Source: Octopus sinensis (Eukaryota). From it: 64,000 nucleotides of DNA. This document shows, piece after piece, positions 36,263 to 49,873 of the stretch. The notes beneath the pieces are model-generated. The model was not told the origin of the DNA. It saw only the letters and a list, made by a program, of their open reading frames with translations, and did not search any database. The position numbers and the translations under genes were made by a program. The DNA lies in contig NC_043004.1 of NCBI RefSeq assembly GCF_006345805.1, forward strand, positions 93,682,001 through 93,746,000, written 5' to 3'. Positions within the stretch are counted from its first letter, which is position 1; every line of letters starts with the position of its first letter.

Positions 36263-36696
36263 ATATATGACAGGCCTCTTTCAGTTTCGTCTACCAAATC
36301 CACTCACAAAGCTTTGGTTGGACTGAGACCATAGTAGAAGACACTTGCCCAAGGTTCCATGCAGTGGGACTGAACCCAGAACCGTGTGGTCAGTAAGCAA
36401 GCTACTTACCACACAGCCACTAGAAGAACGTTTGAAAATATAGGCTTGTCCTTTTTTATCAAGAGGCTGTCTAATCTTTTTCTCTTAATTACATTTAAAT
36501 ACACTCATGTACAACCAACCATTCTCGTACAAGATGCCAAGTGAACTAAACCAACAAGGGAGAAACTAATGAAGTACCTCTACATAATCATTCAATCTGC
36601 AAGAAACAACCATTAGATCTTCTTTAAATCATATGTTCGCATCTTGATAAAAGAAGGACACACTGGGCAATGCAGTCCTAAATACATTATATATTA

Positions 36697-37075
36697 GATG
36701 CCGGTGGCATGTAAGAGAAGCATCCGAATGTGGCCGTAGCCAGCGCCGCCCGACTGACCTCCATGCCGGTGGCACGTAAAAAGCACCATCCGATCGTGGC
36801 CGTTTGCCAGCCTTGTCTGGTCCCCGTGCTGGTGGCACGTAAAAAGCACCATCCGATCGTGGCCGTTTGCCAGCCTCATCTGGCACCTGTGCCGGTGGCA
36901 CGTAAAAAGCATCCACTACACCACGGAGTGGTTGGTGCTAGGAAGGGCATCCAGCTGTAGAAACACTGCCAGATCTGACTGGGCTTGGTGCAGCCTTTGG
37001 GCTTCCCAGACACCAGTTGAACCGTCCAACCCATGCTAGCATGGAAAGCGGACGTTAAACGATGATGATGATGAT
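36697..37075 (+). mobile_element. RTE 3'-UTR/tail copy; further copies at about 42640-42968 (+), 49905-50050 (-), 51390-51530 (-), 53145-53275 (+), 54360-54450 (-)
   Basis: Same family motifs and (GAT)n tails. Confidence 0.85.
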
Positions 37076-37528
37076 TAGATGAGTCCAGCTGAAACGCCTC
37101 TGATCATAGGTCTGCTCAAGTGAAACTAACCAAGGGCTTAACAAAACAAACACTACCCTCACTACAGAGTCCCTACATGATTACATGACCTGCTAGAAAG
37201 AAATACCAAAAAGCGACCATCCACCACATGCATGTATGCAATGTAATACATCAGATTCTTAACTTTGAAGTATTTAGTTATGCCTCACAACATTCTGAAT
37301 TCATATCCCTTGAGAAAGAGGTGGGATAGGCATAAAACATTAGAAATAGCAACCATAATTACTATTTTTAGTACTGCCAAGCATAGTGGATCTTCATATA
37401 TATATTGCGAGGATGATCCAGTTCTTGACTGAAGATTAGAGGCTTCGAATGACCCGTCCACTTTTTGTATCGTCTCTTTGAGTGTTTTGCGTTCTTGTCC
37501 CATTTTGTATTTTTTATATATATTTTTT

Positions 37529-37566
<38 letters not shown>

Positions 37567-38665
37567 CATGCATACATCTAACCAACCAAGTTGAAGAGCT
37601 TGGATTGTCAAAGTAATAACCTAAACTTATACAATCCTTTAGGAAGTAATTTAACTGAAAACCTGAAAATATGAACAGCCCTTCCTTTCTTTCCTGTGAT
37701 GCTCACCTCCTGTAATTTCTGTTAATTAAAAGGAATGTTGTCTATGAGTCAATAAAAGGGCTTATGCAAGTCATTCAGAGGATGAAAGATAACATACACA
37801 TGACCCTTGTATGGCTTATGCAAGGTATAGGAGGAAGTCAGCTTCACACAGGAGACTTGGTCCAAATGCATACGACAAAGTGAACTCTACTAAAGACACA
37901 TATAAACAATATTGCTACTAAACTTGAGGACATATTCAGTTTACCATTGTAATATCAATGCTAAAAAAAATAAGTGAAAAATTCTCAAATGAAGAAATGA
38001 AAGCATGGTGGTTGTGAGAGGAAGTAAAGTACTTCATTAGTGATCATAAGATTATAAGTTCAAACCATGCAGTAATCACCGAGTTATACTCTGACAAAGT
38101 GAAAGCTAATTATAATTATATAATTTTGATGACTAAGGAAATTCTTTTCTCCACGAATAACAACTGAGCAAAATTATGGGAATGACACACAAAAATGCAA
38201 TTTCTGAGATCAGCAACAAAATGACAGATATTTATAGGAAGGAAGAACCAAAATCGAGAAAAAATTTGGATCTTAAATAAGAGATCAAAAAAGATATAAT
38301 AGAGTGAAATGAAAAGAAAGACCATCCTTAACCAAGCCAAGTAGTTGTAGAGGGATATAATTAGAGCATACAGAGGAGTGGAGGTTCATATAATAAACTC
38401 TGGCTGGATGAGGTGTCTTCTAGAATGACAGAAAAATAAGCAGATATAGCAGAGAGACGCAGGGAATAAATGGCTTCATTATGGGCCTCAAAGCCTGAAT
38501 ACTTTATAGTCATATCACTGATGTTTAGAACTACTATTCAGCAGTGGTATAAGGTCAGAACTTTCTGAAACAGTTATATTCTTCAATCAAGAACTGATAA
38601 AGAGGAGATCTTATAATTTAAGGAGTATGGGATTTTTTTACCCGAAAGAATGGGGAATAAATAAA

Positions 38666-39053
38666 GAGTAGCTGTGTGGTAAGTAGCTTGCTTACAAACC
38701 ACATGGTTCTGGGTTCAGTCCCACTGTGTGGCATCTTGGGCAAGTGTCTTCTGTTATAGGCCCCGGGCCGACCAATGCCTTGTGAGTGGATTTAGTAGAC
38801 GGAAACTGAAAGAAGCCTGTCATATATATATGTATGTGTGTGTGTGTTTGTGTGTCTGTGTTTGTCCCCCCTAGCATTGCTTGACAACCGATGCTGGTGT
38901 GTTTACGTCCCCGTTACTTAGCGGTTCGGCAAAAGAGACCGATAGAATAAGTACTGGGCTTACAAAAGAATAAGTCTCGGGGTCGATTTGCTCGACTAAA
39001 GGCGGTGCTCCAGCATGGCCACAGTCAAATGACTGAAACAAGTAAAAGAGTAA
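38666..39053 (+). mobile_element. SINE family A copy
   Basis: Homology to 2666-3077. Confidence 0.87.
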
Positions 39054-39075
39054 ATAGCCAAAATTATATAACTAA

Positions 39076-39291
39076 ACTCTTTAGCATTCACATTATTCTG
39101 TCAAATGTAATGCTTATTTATTCACATCATTTTGAATTAATCATACATTGTCTTGTAGCTTTGAGATGTTATTTTTTTTTCATTTTTAAAATGGTATTGT
39201 AAGATAAGTATGAGAAGTCAGAGCTGACCAGTTTGAACATAAAACAAGTAGAATATTTTGGCCAGATATGGCTGGTTTAAAAACTAAGGGG
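39076..39291. mobile_element. piggyBac-type MITE family 2; other copies at about 7918-8140, 25339-25549, 47938-48138, and 62918-62970 plus 63372-63538
   Basis: Shared ends (tt)aacc(c)tttagcattc / tgctaaagggttaa and a shared interior. Confidence 0.7.
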
Positions 39292-39904
39292 TTAAGAAAT
39301 ACTTCCATCTTAATACATTGCAGCATTCTCTCTAGCTCTTCATATACTGAGTTCAAATCCACCCAAGGTCAATTTTACCTTTCATCCAACTGGACTGAAT
39401 TGATTAACCCTTCATAATTGATAGCTTTGTGCCTAAACCAGAAACATTTATTATCACAACTCCCAAAGGCTGAGTGTACCAACAAAAAGATAGACTATAA
39501 TATTAAATATGTTCCTTGCTATTCAAGTTCAAATTCCACCAGGGTGAACTTTCCCCTTGAATCCCTCTGCAGTTGGAGAAAATACATATCAACGAAGTAT
39601 TGGGTTTGATTAAATCAACTATATGTCATTCCTACATGTATATCATTGTAGCCAGAAACCATTATTATTGTCACAAAAGACTGGATCTTTGGATTCATTT
39701 GTACCACATTCCTTCAATAACATCTCTAGGTCTTCCTTTACAGTCGAATGGACATTCTTGGTACAATCCACAGAAATAATGCTCATGAGATACCAAGCAA
39801 TGCCACACACTTTCACATGTAATAGTTATCTCCAGTGTAGTTTGGCATATGGGCATGTTGCTTTTTTTTTTTTTTTAACCACTGTCTTGCTTTTTTACCA
39901 CTGT

Positions 39905-40324
39905 CACTGTTTAATGTCTGCCTTCTATGCTGGCATGGGTAGGACGGTTTCACAGGAGCCAGCCAGGCAGAATCCTGCACCAGAATTTTGTGACTGTTTT
40001 GGCAGAATTTTTACAGCTGGATTCCCTTCCTAACACCAAACACCCAGCAGGGTGGACTTAGTGCTTTTTACGTGGCACAAGCAGAGGCAAGGTCAGTTTT
40101 AGCAAGGTTTTTACAGCTGGATGCCCTTCCAAACACCACCAACCACTTTACAGTGTGGACTGGATGCTTTTTAAGTAGCACCTGCACTGACAGGGTCACC
40201 AAGTAACTTGCAAGACAAAAATCTTTTGAGAGGGGAGGGGACATTGCAGGAGGTGATCTTGTGTCAGATGAAGAAAGGCTATAGTGAGACAGGAATTGGT
40301 GTCTTGCTGTAGTGGAGGTACAAG

Positions 40325-40401
<77 letters not shown>

Positions 40402-41425
40402 AGAGAGATATCAGGAATGAAGACAGAAACAGGTGTGCTGCTGCAAAGGAGATACATGGTTACCCAACCTGAGGGAAATGCAGAGGGAGAGAGAGAGAAA
40501 TAGACAGCAGGATAGAGATGGTGGCAAAGTGCTGGGTATACTCACAAGGGACGGGGATCAGAATATAAATGGGATGGTCAAGTAAAGGCAGAGAGAGATC
40601 TAGATGGTGGCAAGTGCTAGAGTATACCTTTGAGGTTCAAAGGTCATAATGTAAGTGGCAGGATATTGCCAAAGAAGCATGATTAGGGAATGCAGAGGGG
40701 AAATGAATGCTGAAAACCTGGGCATATACAGAGTGGGGGGGGGCTACCAGATAGCAACGATACAGAGAAACAGGGCTGTGAGGGTGAGATTGGGGTGTGA
40801 GAGGTAGGCTTAGTGCATGAAGGAGGAAATATGAGGAAGAGAAGAGATGTAGATTGGTTTGTTGGAGTAGGGTGTGTGATAAGAGTTTTCTTTTTAAGTG
40901 TGGGTGGAACACACAGCACTTCTAGATCTCGGTTTCGCTGACATGGGCAGATCTTCTCAAGAACCTCATATCACCAGACATCTCAGTCCATTGTTATTTC
41001 CTCTATGAGGCCCAACATCCTGAGATCAGTCCTTACCACTTCATCCCATGTCTTCCTGGGTCTCCCTCTTCTGCGAGTACCATCCACTTTCAGTGATTGG
41101 TACTTCTTTATGCAGCTGTCCTCATTCATACGCATCACATGTCCAAACCAATGTAGTCTTCTCTCTTACATGCTACATTTGATTCCTCTTACACCCAACT
41201 TTTCTCTCAATACTTTTGCACTTTGTTGTATATGCACACTGATGCTGCACATCCAACGGAGCATTCTACCTTCATTTCCCTCCAGTCAACACATGTCTTC
41301 TGCATTCAGAGCCCATGTCTCACTACCATGGAGTGTAACCATTCACACATAAGCATCATACAGTGTACCTTTCACTCTAAGAGTCCTTCTGTTACCACTA
41401 GAGGCAATGGCTCTCTGAACTTTCT
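39905..41425 (-). mobile_element. Older RTE subfamily relic: ORF2 C-terminus plus a different, GA-repeat-containing 3' UTR; related UTR relic at about 50340-51200 (-)
   Basis: 40990-41425 on the minus strand is homologous to 34750-35200 (remnants of LHGSETWA, RL.WFGHV.RM, GRPRKTW). The terminal aggaagggcatcc motif is shared. Confidence 0.8.
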
Positions 41426-41471
41426 ATTCTTATTCTAGGAACAAAGAAACAAAACCTATATTATATATATA

Positions 41472-41713
41472 TATCACCGTGACCGACCAGGTTATCAGAT
41501 GTTGCTACACATCGCTGGTCACAATGCGCTTTGCATTGCCTTAGCCTTCAAATGACGCCACCCCACTGGCTAAGCGAGCAGGCCAACAGAAGAAAGAGTG
41601 AGAGAAAGTTGCAGCGAAAGAGTACAGCAGGGATTGCCACCACACCCTGGGAATTGAAACCGCGATCCTACAACCGCGAGTCAACTGCCCTAACCACTGG
41701 GCCATTGAGCCTC
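41472..41713 (-). mobile_element. SINE family B variant: same head, internal deletion, different 3' tail
   Basis: Head and ccctgctgtactcttt...ctttctctcactc body match 8840-9020; the tail differs. Confidence 0.8.
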
Positions 41714-42327
41714 CACATATATATATATGGTCGCTATTTAGTATATATATATATATATATATATAGTCGCTATTTAGTATATAATTTAGCTATTGTAGGT
41801 TTACTATTAATACCGATACAGATTTACATAGATTTATGTATCTCTTTGTTGCAGTTTAATTTTAAAGTTAGAGTTTAATCCTGCCTTATATTTAGATTGA
41901 CTGAATGTGGTTATTAAGTTTTTACTTTTATATTTATACTATGGAAGACTGTGGGGAATATTTTTTGTATGACTTAAAGGTTTGGTTGCTGCTTAGTTAT
42001 ATATTTAGGAGTTGGTTATAGATTTACTTATTGAATTTATTTACCGATATTGTTGTACAAAGGGTAAATGTGTTTGAAAGTTGTGGTTTCTTTGGTATGT
42101 TTGTTCCCAAACCAGACTTATTTTAGTGGTGTTGACACCATCGGATTGAATGTAGATTGAATGGTACTGCCCAGGTGTCGAAACCATAATGATCCGTGGG
42201 GCAGCTGATAATGGAGGTATGTTGGATTGTTGGTACGGCTGTTTCTGTATATGTGGAATAATATTATAACACATCCTTTTGATACATGCATACACACACA
42301 TACATATATATATATATATTATATATA

Positions 42328-42379
<52 letters not shown>

Positions 42380-43309
42380 CACAGGCTTCTTTCAGTCTAT
42401 GTCAACCAAATCCACTTACAAGGCTTTGGTTGGCCTGAGGCTATAGTAGAAGACACTTGCCCAAGGTGCCACACAGTGGGACTGAACCCAGAGTCATGGT
42501 TGGGAAGCAAGCTTCTTACCACATACCCACACTTGGACATTTTTTATTTTTTAAGTTAGCAAATTTTCAGTAAAGTTTCTGGTTTTATGTGCACTATATA
42601 TGTGAGTGAACAATATATATATATATATATCCGAGTGTGATTGTTGCCAGAGAAGCCAACTGGTTTCCGTACCCGTGGCACGTAAAAGGGCACCATTCGA
42701 GTGTGATCGTTACCAATATCACTTCACTGGCACCTGTGCCGGTGGAACGTGTAAAAAGATGCGAGTGAGGTCATTGCCAATACCGCCTGACTGGCCCCCG
42801 TGCAGGTAGCACGTAAAAAGCACCCACTACACTCTCGGAGTGGTTGGCGTTAAGAAGGGCATCCAGATCAAGACTGGAGCCTGGTGCAGCCATCTGGTTG
42901 CCAGCCCTCAGTCAAAATCGTCCAACCCATGCTAGCCCGGAAAACGGACGTTAAATGATGATGATGATATATATGACTGTTTAGTAAAGAAATTTAGTTT
43001 CCAACTCCACTGTTTTGGGTTCAATTCCTTTCTGTGGCACATGTATAGATGTGTTTGTCTGTGTACTTCCTCATCTTGACATTGCATGATAGTTGTAAAC
43101 AAATGTCAGTGCCATACAAGCGCTGTCCTTCCAGACCCAATCTGTTCTAGAAACATGGATGCTTATGGGGGAGTATCATACTGTTTGAAAACAAATGTGG
43201 GTTGGTGACAGGAAGAACATCTGGGGGTGGAAAATTTGCCTCAACAAATCCTATCCAACCAATATAAGCATGAAAAAAATGGGCATTAATAAATACATAC
43301 ATATATACC

Positions 43310-43541
43310 TATTTCTTTACAAACCCACAAGGGGCTAAACACAGAGGGGACAAACAAGGACTGACAAATGGATTAAGTCAATTCCATCGACCCCAGTACA
43401 TAACTGGTACTTAATTTATCGACCCCGAAAGGATGAAGGGCAAAGTCGACCTCGGTGGAATTTGAACTCAGAACGTAGCAGCAGGCGAAATACTGCTAAG
43501 CATTTCGCTGGGCTTGCTAACGTCTCTACCAGCTCGCCGCC
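43310..43541 (-). mobile_element. SINE family C copy
   Basis: Homology to 21213-21444; atacatacatatatacc on both flanks. Confidence 0.85.
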
Positions 43542-44014
43542 TATACATACATACATATATACCATCTTGTATCTGTTATTTGTTTCGGCAATTGCACTGC
43601 GGTCATTCTGGAGCACTGCCTTGAACGGTTTAGCCAAGCAAATTGACCCCATACTATAAGTTTTAAGTCTGACATTTATTCTATCGGTCTCTTTGGCTGA
43701 ACTGCTAGGTCATGGAGAAAGAAACAAACCAACACCAGTTCTCAAGTATTGGTAGTGGGGGAGCACAAACACAAAGACATACAAACACACATGTGTGTGT
43801 GTGTGTGTGTGTGATGCACATATACATATATATATTCATGTACACATATATACATATATATCAACACACACGCACATACATATATGTATATGCATACATA
43901 TATATGTACAACAATCATGAATTAAAAAGTCAGAAAGTAAACATGCACTGTTGTTGAATATATATATTGGTGAATAATTACTAATTTGCAATTTTAATAT
44001 ATTATTCCGCACCA

Positions 44015-44079
<65 letters not shown>

Positions 44080-44519
44080 AGAGAGAGAGAGATGCACACA
44101 CACACAAACACACATGCACACACGCACAAACATATACACATGCACACACACACACGCACAAACAAAGCCAAGTATTTCGGATCCATCAGAAAAGTAGGTT
44201 TTAATAAACAGGAAATTAACAAAACCAGATGACCAAGCCCTCAATAAATAAAAAAAAAAATAAATGAATAAATAAATCAGGAAAAGACCGAAAAAAAAAA
44301 CAGGAAAAGGAAAATACGAAAATACGAGCTGAATTATTCTGTAATGAAGTGGTTTTACTGTAAACACTATATTGAGTGGAATGAAGAATTAGTCATGTAT
44401 TTCAATTGAAACATAATTGGAATGAACCACGATAAATTGTCTTCTTTATTTAACAAAACAGTAGAATAGTTTGTAAAGAGGATGTAGTAGCTGCTAGATA
44501 AGTGAATGAATGAATGAAT

Positions 44520-44615
44520 TGATAGCTAGAGAGATAGATGAATGGATAGACAGACAAATGAAAAGACAGACAGATAGATAGAGAGAGAGAGAGGGATAGA
44601 TTGATAGATAGATAA

Positions 44616-44652
<37 letters not shown>

Positions 44653-44930
44653 GGGATAGATTGATAGATAGACAGATAGATTGATAGATAGATAGATAAA
44701 GAGAGGGATAGATAGATAGATAGATAGATAGATAAAGAGAGGGATAGATAGATAGAAAGAGAGAGAGAGAGGGATAGATAGATAGATAGATAAAGAGAGG
44801 GATAGATAGATATATATATATAGAGAGGGAGATATACAGACAGACAGAGAGGAATAGATAGACAGATAAATGAATAAATAGACAGAGAGATGAATAGACA
44901 AAAGAATAGAAACAGATAGAGGAATAGATA
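44520..44930. repeat. Complex (GATA)n/(GA)n microsatellite
   Basis: Direct reading; the source of the LSIYLS ORFs. Confidence 0.95.
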
Positions 44931-44931
44931 T

Positions 44932-45250
44932 GTTTTTTTATTGGCCACACAGGGCTGCACACAGACGGGACAAGTTACAAGGTAGAGCTTTTCTTTTGGG
45001 GGTAAAAAAGGGGGTTTGGTTTTCGATCAAAAGGGATCGTAAAAGGAAAGAAAGAGGACAAAAAATGGAGGGGGGGGGTATAAAATTTTTTAAAAAAAGG
45101 GAAAGGAAAAAAATTGATCAATAGGGATCGTTATCACAGAAATGTCAATATAAAGTGTAAAGGGGGGGGGGACAGGTGAGGTTTACCCATGGAAAGAAAA
45201 GCCTACGGAAAAGACCACGGTAACCTCGGTCAATGAAGTCACATTAGATG
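44932..45250 (-). mobile_element. Probable L1/Tx1-like LINE 3' UTR inserted in a (GATA)n tract
   Basis: Minus strand is pyrimidine-rich and ends ...ctgtgtggccAATAAAAAAA; it interrupts the GATA microsatellite. No coding part to confirm the clade. Confidence 0.4.
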
Positions 45251-45568
45251 GGTAGAGGTAGAGGTATAGATAGGGAGACAAAGAATAGCTAGACAGAAAG
45301 ATGGATAGATAAATGGATAGAAGAATGAATAGTGCGCACACAGATAGACCACACACACACACACACACATGCAGAACTGTAGAAAGTAAACTGACAAAAT
45401 AGCAACAAATATTTTGATTTACAGAAAAGGGAGATAAACATCACATGTAGTTACAAACGAAATTCTTATTTTCAAAATATTCTTATAATTGGATAGTTGA
45501 AACGATTGGTTACATATATCATGCAGAAGATATCTATATTCTAATAAAAAAATATATTAAGAAACATT

Positions 45569-45751
45569 TACCATATTTACATGTATTGCATTCGTGTATA
45601 AGTCACAGCCCTAATTTATTTATTGTTAAATCTTAGTAAAAACATTTTCCTCTTCACAGTTTTAGCTTCACCCCATGTATAAGTCACAACCCAGATTTTT
45701 TAGCTAAGTCAAATATAAAATAGTGTGATTTACACATGAATAAATATGGTT
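45569..45751. mobile_element. Decayed Tc1/mariner (Tc2/Kanga-like) MITE
   Basis: Ends taccatattt...cgtgtataagtc / gatttacacatgaataaatatggt form imperfect TIRs. Confidence 0.45.
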
Positions 45752-46084
45752 AAAAAAGAGTTAAAAAACTATTTTTTTACTCTTTGGAAAAATGGGATCT
45801 TGGTAGGTAGTAATTGAATAGAAAGCAACAGTGAAAGATGGGATGGCCTTTTAACAATGTTTTTAATTCTAAAACCCAGTCTTTGGTGAAAATATTGTTT
45901 CAAATTGTGGCACAAGGTTAGTATTTTGAAGGGAGCGGGGTCAACCAGTTATACCAACTGGTTCTTTATTTTAACAATTCTGAAGAACAAAAGGCAAAAT
46001 TAACCTTGGTAGGATTTGAATGCAGAATGTAAGGAGTCAGAACAAATTTTGTTCAATGCTTTAATTTGGAGGATCATCGTCCTC

Positions 46085-46850
46085 ATCATAATTCAGCATC
46101 CATTTCCATGCTGGCATGGGTTAGACGGTTTGACTGGGTAAGCTAGAGAGCTGCACCAGGCTCAAGTCTGTTTTTGCTTGGATTCTGTACCTGGATGTGC
46201 AGCCTAACGCTAACCACTACACAGAGTATAGTGGGTGTCTCTTACATGTCACAGGCATGGGTGCCTTTTATGTGTCACTGGCACAAGTGCCTTTTTATGT
46301 GTCACTGGCAGGTTTCAATATAGTCTAATCTTCTCTCATCCAAGTCTTATATCATCTCTGTAAAATCCAGCATCCATAGATCAGCTCTTAGTTCTGATGT
46401 CTCCTACAGTTGTCCCCTCCGGTTTCCTTCTTGCATCATTTGACACTTTTTCCCCTCAACTATCATTTCTTCATATGCTTCACATCCTCCTATTGTGCAC
46501 TACTTCAAATACCAGGTTTCCGCTCACCACCATTAAGCTGCATCATTTTATGCTGACATTACACATCCAGCAAAAATTGCTTCCACATTTTTATCAGCCT
46601 TAGCACATTCTTCACATTCAGTGCCCATTTCTCACTTCATAACATTACAACAGTGAACTTTGTATCCAAGTATAATAGTCTGCTTTTCCTTCATAGAAAC
46701 AGCCCCTTTGTTATCAACAAAAATGGTCTCCTTGAAATTTTTCCACCCCTATTTTTATTCTGGCTACTGTACATCTGCAAAACCAAACTCCAAAGCTGAT
46801 TAGGTCAATCAAGGTAACAGAAGTTAACTAGTTATAACAAGCCTTTTCGA
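46085..46850 (-). mobile_element. Highly decayed RTE ORF2 C-terminus plus tail
   Basis: Patchy homology to the 34650-35250 region and to the family tail. Confidence 0.6.
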
Positions 46851-46894
46851 CAGTTAAAATAATTAATTAGGCAGAGTTCTTATTGCTAACTATT

Positions 46895-47278
46895 TCTCTT
46901 TTACTTGTTTCAGTCATTTGACTGCGGCCATGCTGGAGCACCACCTTTAGTGAAGCAAATTGACATCAAGACTTATTCTTTGTAAGCCCATTACTTATTC
47001 TATCAGTCTCTTTTGCTGAACCGCTAAGTTACGGGGACGTAAACACACCAGCATCGGTTGTCAAGCGATGTTGAGGGACAAACATAGATACACACACACA
47101 TATATATACATATATACGACAGGCTTCTTTCAGTTTCCGTCTACCAAATCCACTCACAAGGTTTTGGTCAGCCTGAGGCTATAGTAGAAGACACTTGCTC
47201 AAGGTGCCACGCAGTGGGCTGAACCCGGAACCATGTGGTTGGTAAGCAAGTTACTTACCACACAGCCACTCCTGCACC
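46895..47278 (-). mobile_element. SINE family A copy
   Basis: Homology to 2666-3077. Confidence 0.87.
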
Positions 47279-48237
47279 TATTTCTGCGCATCTAAATATG
47301 AAATCCCTTTCTGCCAGTCTGTCTGATATCCTACTGCACATTTTGTGTACTAATTGTTTTGTACTTATTGTTCAGATACATGGTTTATTTGTTTCAATCT
47401 ACTCTCTATCTGCATACTGAGCATAGCCACTTCCTTGATGATAATTATATTTTGTTTCCCTTCTTATTAATAACCATCTCTGTTAAATTGAGATTCAGGC
47501 TTCTAGATCCTCCTTTAATTTTTTGACTATTTCAACTCTGAGAACTAGATCACCTGTATACAGAAATTCTGACAGCCAGTCAATTATTAAATTCAAAGAA
47601 GAAATAACTCTGCTACTACATGCATCAAATGCTTATTCTTCTATTTTTCTCACCAAAATGAATGTATCTTTAACCTTTTCGTTACTGTATTTATTTTGAG
47701 ATGCTCCATGTTTCTTTCAATTATTTTAATCATAACAAATAATTTAGTAAAATTACTTAGTTATCATTAAGCTAGTGTTAGGAACATAAATTATGACTAA
47801 GGTTTGGTGGAAGATTTTAATTCAAAACTTATGAAAACAAGACATTTGAACTACAGAGCCAGAGGCAGTTTCAGCCAGGTTGGTATCGAAAGATGTGTTT
47901 CAGTTTTCAGACTGTGGCTGTGCTGGGGCACCACACTTAATCCTTTAGCATTCAGATTATTGTATTAAATGTAATGCTTATTTATCCATATTGTTTTGAG
48001 TTACGATTTCGACGATGTGATTACTTATTTTTAAAATGATATTATAGATTGCTGTGAGACACCAAATGTGGACAGTTTGAACATAAAGCAGGTATATTAT
48101 TTTGGCCAGATATTGCCAGTTTAAATGCTAAAGGGTCAATGCTTCTAGTTAATATAAAGCTATTGATTCACTAACTCTCCTCCTTCTCTGTCAAACAGAA
48201 TAAATAAAAAAAAAAAGAGAAAAGAATTAACGTTTAA

Positions 48238-48633
48238 TCTTTATATTTAAAAGAGAGGTTGTGTGTCTGTCCCCTTCGATTTAGATTCCTAACTACTCCC
48301 GCATTTTGCGGTGCAGTTTAACCAAAACCGGGTATCTTATAGTCGTGATTCATATCGAGCCTTTCTGGGTATTAGCGCGTGTCTACGATGATTCTACGAT
48401 TTAAAAAAAAATTTACCATCATTTTTTTCCATTTTAATGCATTTTTCGCTATTATATAAGGGAAGTAACTCTCTAAAAATGTCTACGATGAGTCAACGAT
48501 TTAAAAAAAATTTACCATAATTTTTTTTCCATTTTTAATGCATATTTTTGCTATTTTTTGGCTATAACTCTCAAAAAATGCTTATATAGTTATTTCCCTT
48601 ACAAATCCGAGCAACGCCGGGCGATACTGCTAG
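48238..48633 (+). mobile_element. Non-autonomous Helitron, same family, with an internal tandem duplication
   Basis: A|TCTTTATATTTAAAAG ... TCCGAGCAACGCCGGGCGATACTGCTAG|T. Confidence 0.85.
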
Positions 48634-49337
48634 TTTCAACTAAAGAGATAGAAAGAGTATATTCTTTAGTAATACATTCCAACAGATTCAAAAGCAACTA
48701 CGCTGATCACTGTTGTATTTCGTCAAGGAGAACAACTCCCTTCAGACGAATATGTGTTCATAACACACTCCATTCATTAACGAACCCAAAACAGAAGTAG
48801 CAAACAGGGTGGAGTGGGAAGTTGTATGCTAGAAGATCTTGGAAGAGAACTAAGAAGCAGAATAATGGGGAAGAGGAGAAGGAGACAGCAGAAGGAAAGG
48901 TGGGGAGAGACAGGAGATGTAGTGTGTCACCACTGATTGTAGAGATTCTTCTGATAGGAAGAAGCAGATAAAAGAAGGTATTGGCTCTGCAGAGAAATCC
49001 TAATACAAAACATAAGGTACAGTAAGTCACATACAATGGGGGTTACAGTGACATACTAACACATAGCCTACACAGATTCCAGACACAGATAATTTGGTGT
49101 GGAAGCGGGAACACATACACACACACACACAAAGAGCTACAAAAGACAAAGGGAGTTTCACTACACAAAAAGATATACACATTAACAACCACACACACAC
49201 ACACACACAGAAGGCAAACAACTACAATCACAGACACACAAAACCAGGTGTACAAACAGCACACATTCATATACTAAAACAAACTACTACTAAGACATAG
49301 TTATATAAACAATGCTCACACACACATACAGATCAAC

Positions 49338-49374
<37 letters not shown>

Positions 49375-49468
49375 GCTCAACATACACACAGTTATACAGA
49401 CAACAAACACCAACACAACTACAGTGACATACACATAGATGTAAGAACACTGTATTTATGAATAAACA

Positions 49469-49873
49469 ACTCTTTTACCCTTTTACTTGTTTCAGTCATT
49501 TGACTGCGGCCATGCTGGAGCACCGCCTTTAGTCGAGCAAATCGACCCCGGGACTTATTCTTTGGAAGCCTATTACTTATTCTATCGGTCTCTTTTGCCG
49601 AACCGCTAAGTTATGGAGACGTAAACACACCAGCATCGGTTGTCAAGCAATGCTAGGGGGACAAACACAGACATAAAAACACACAAACACACACATATAT
49701 ATATACATATACATATATACGACGGGTTTCTATCAGTTTCCGTCTACCAAATCCACTCACAATGCTTTGGTCGGCCCGAGGCTATAAGTAGGAGACACTT
49801 GCCTAAGGTGCTACACAGTGGGACTGAACTCGGTTGGTAAGCAAGCTACTTACCACACAGCCACTCCTGCGCC
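49469..49873 (-). mobile_element. SINE family A copy
   Basis: Homology to 2666-3077. Confidence 0.87.

Noticed and set aside
44450-44962. Long LSIY-, YIYI-, CVCV- and TNQP-type ORFs (also 55522-56295 and many others)
   Set aside because: Translations of microsatellites.
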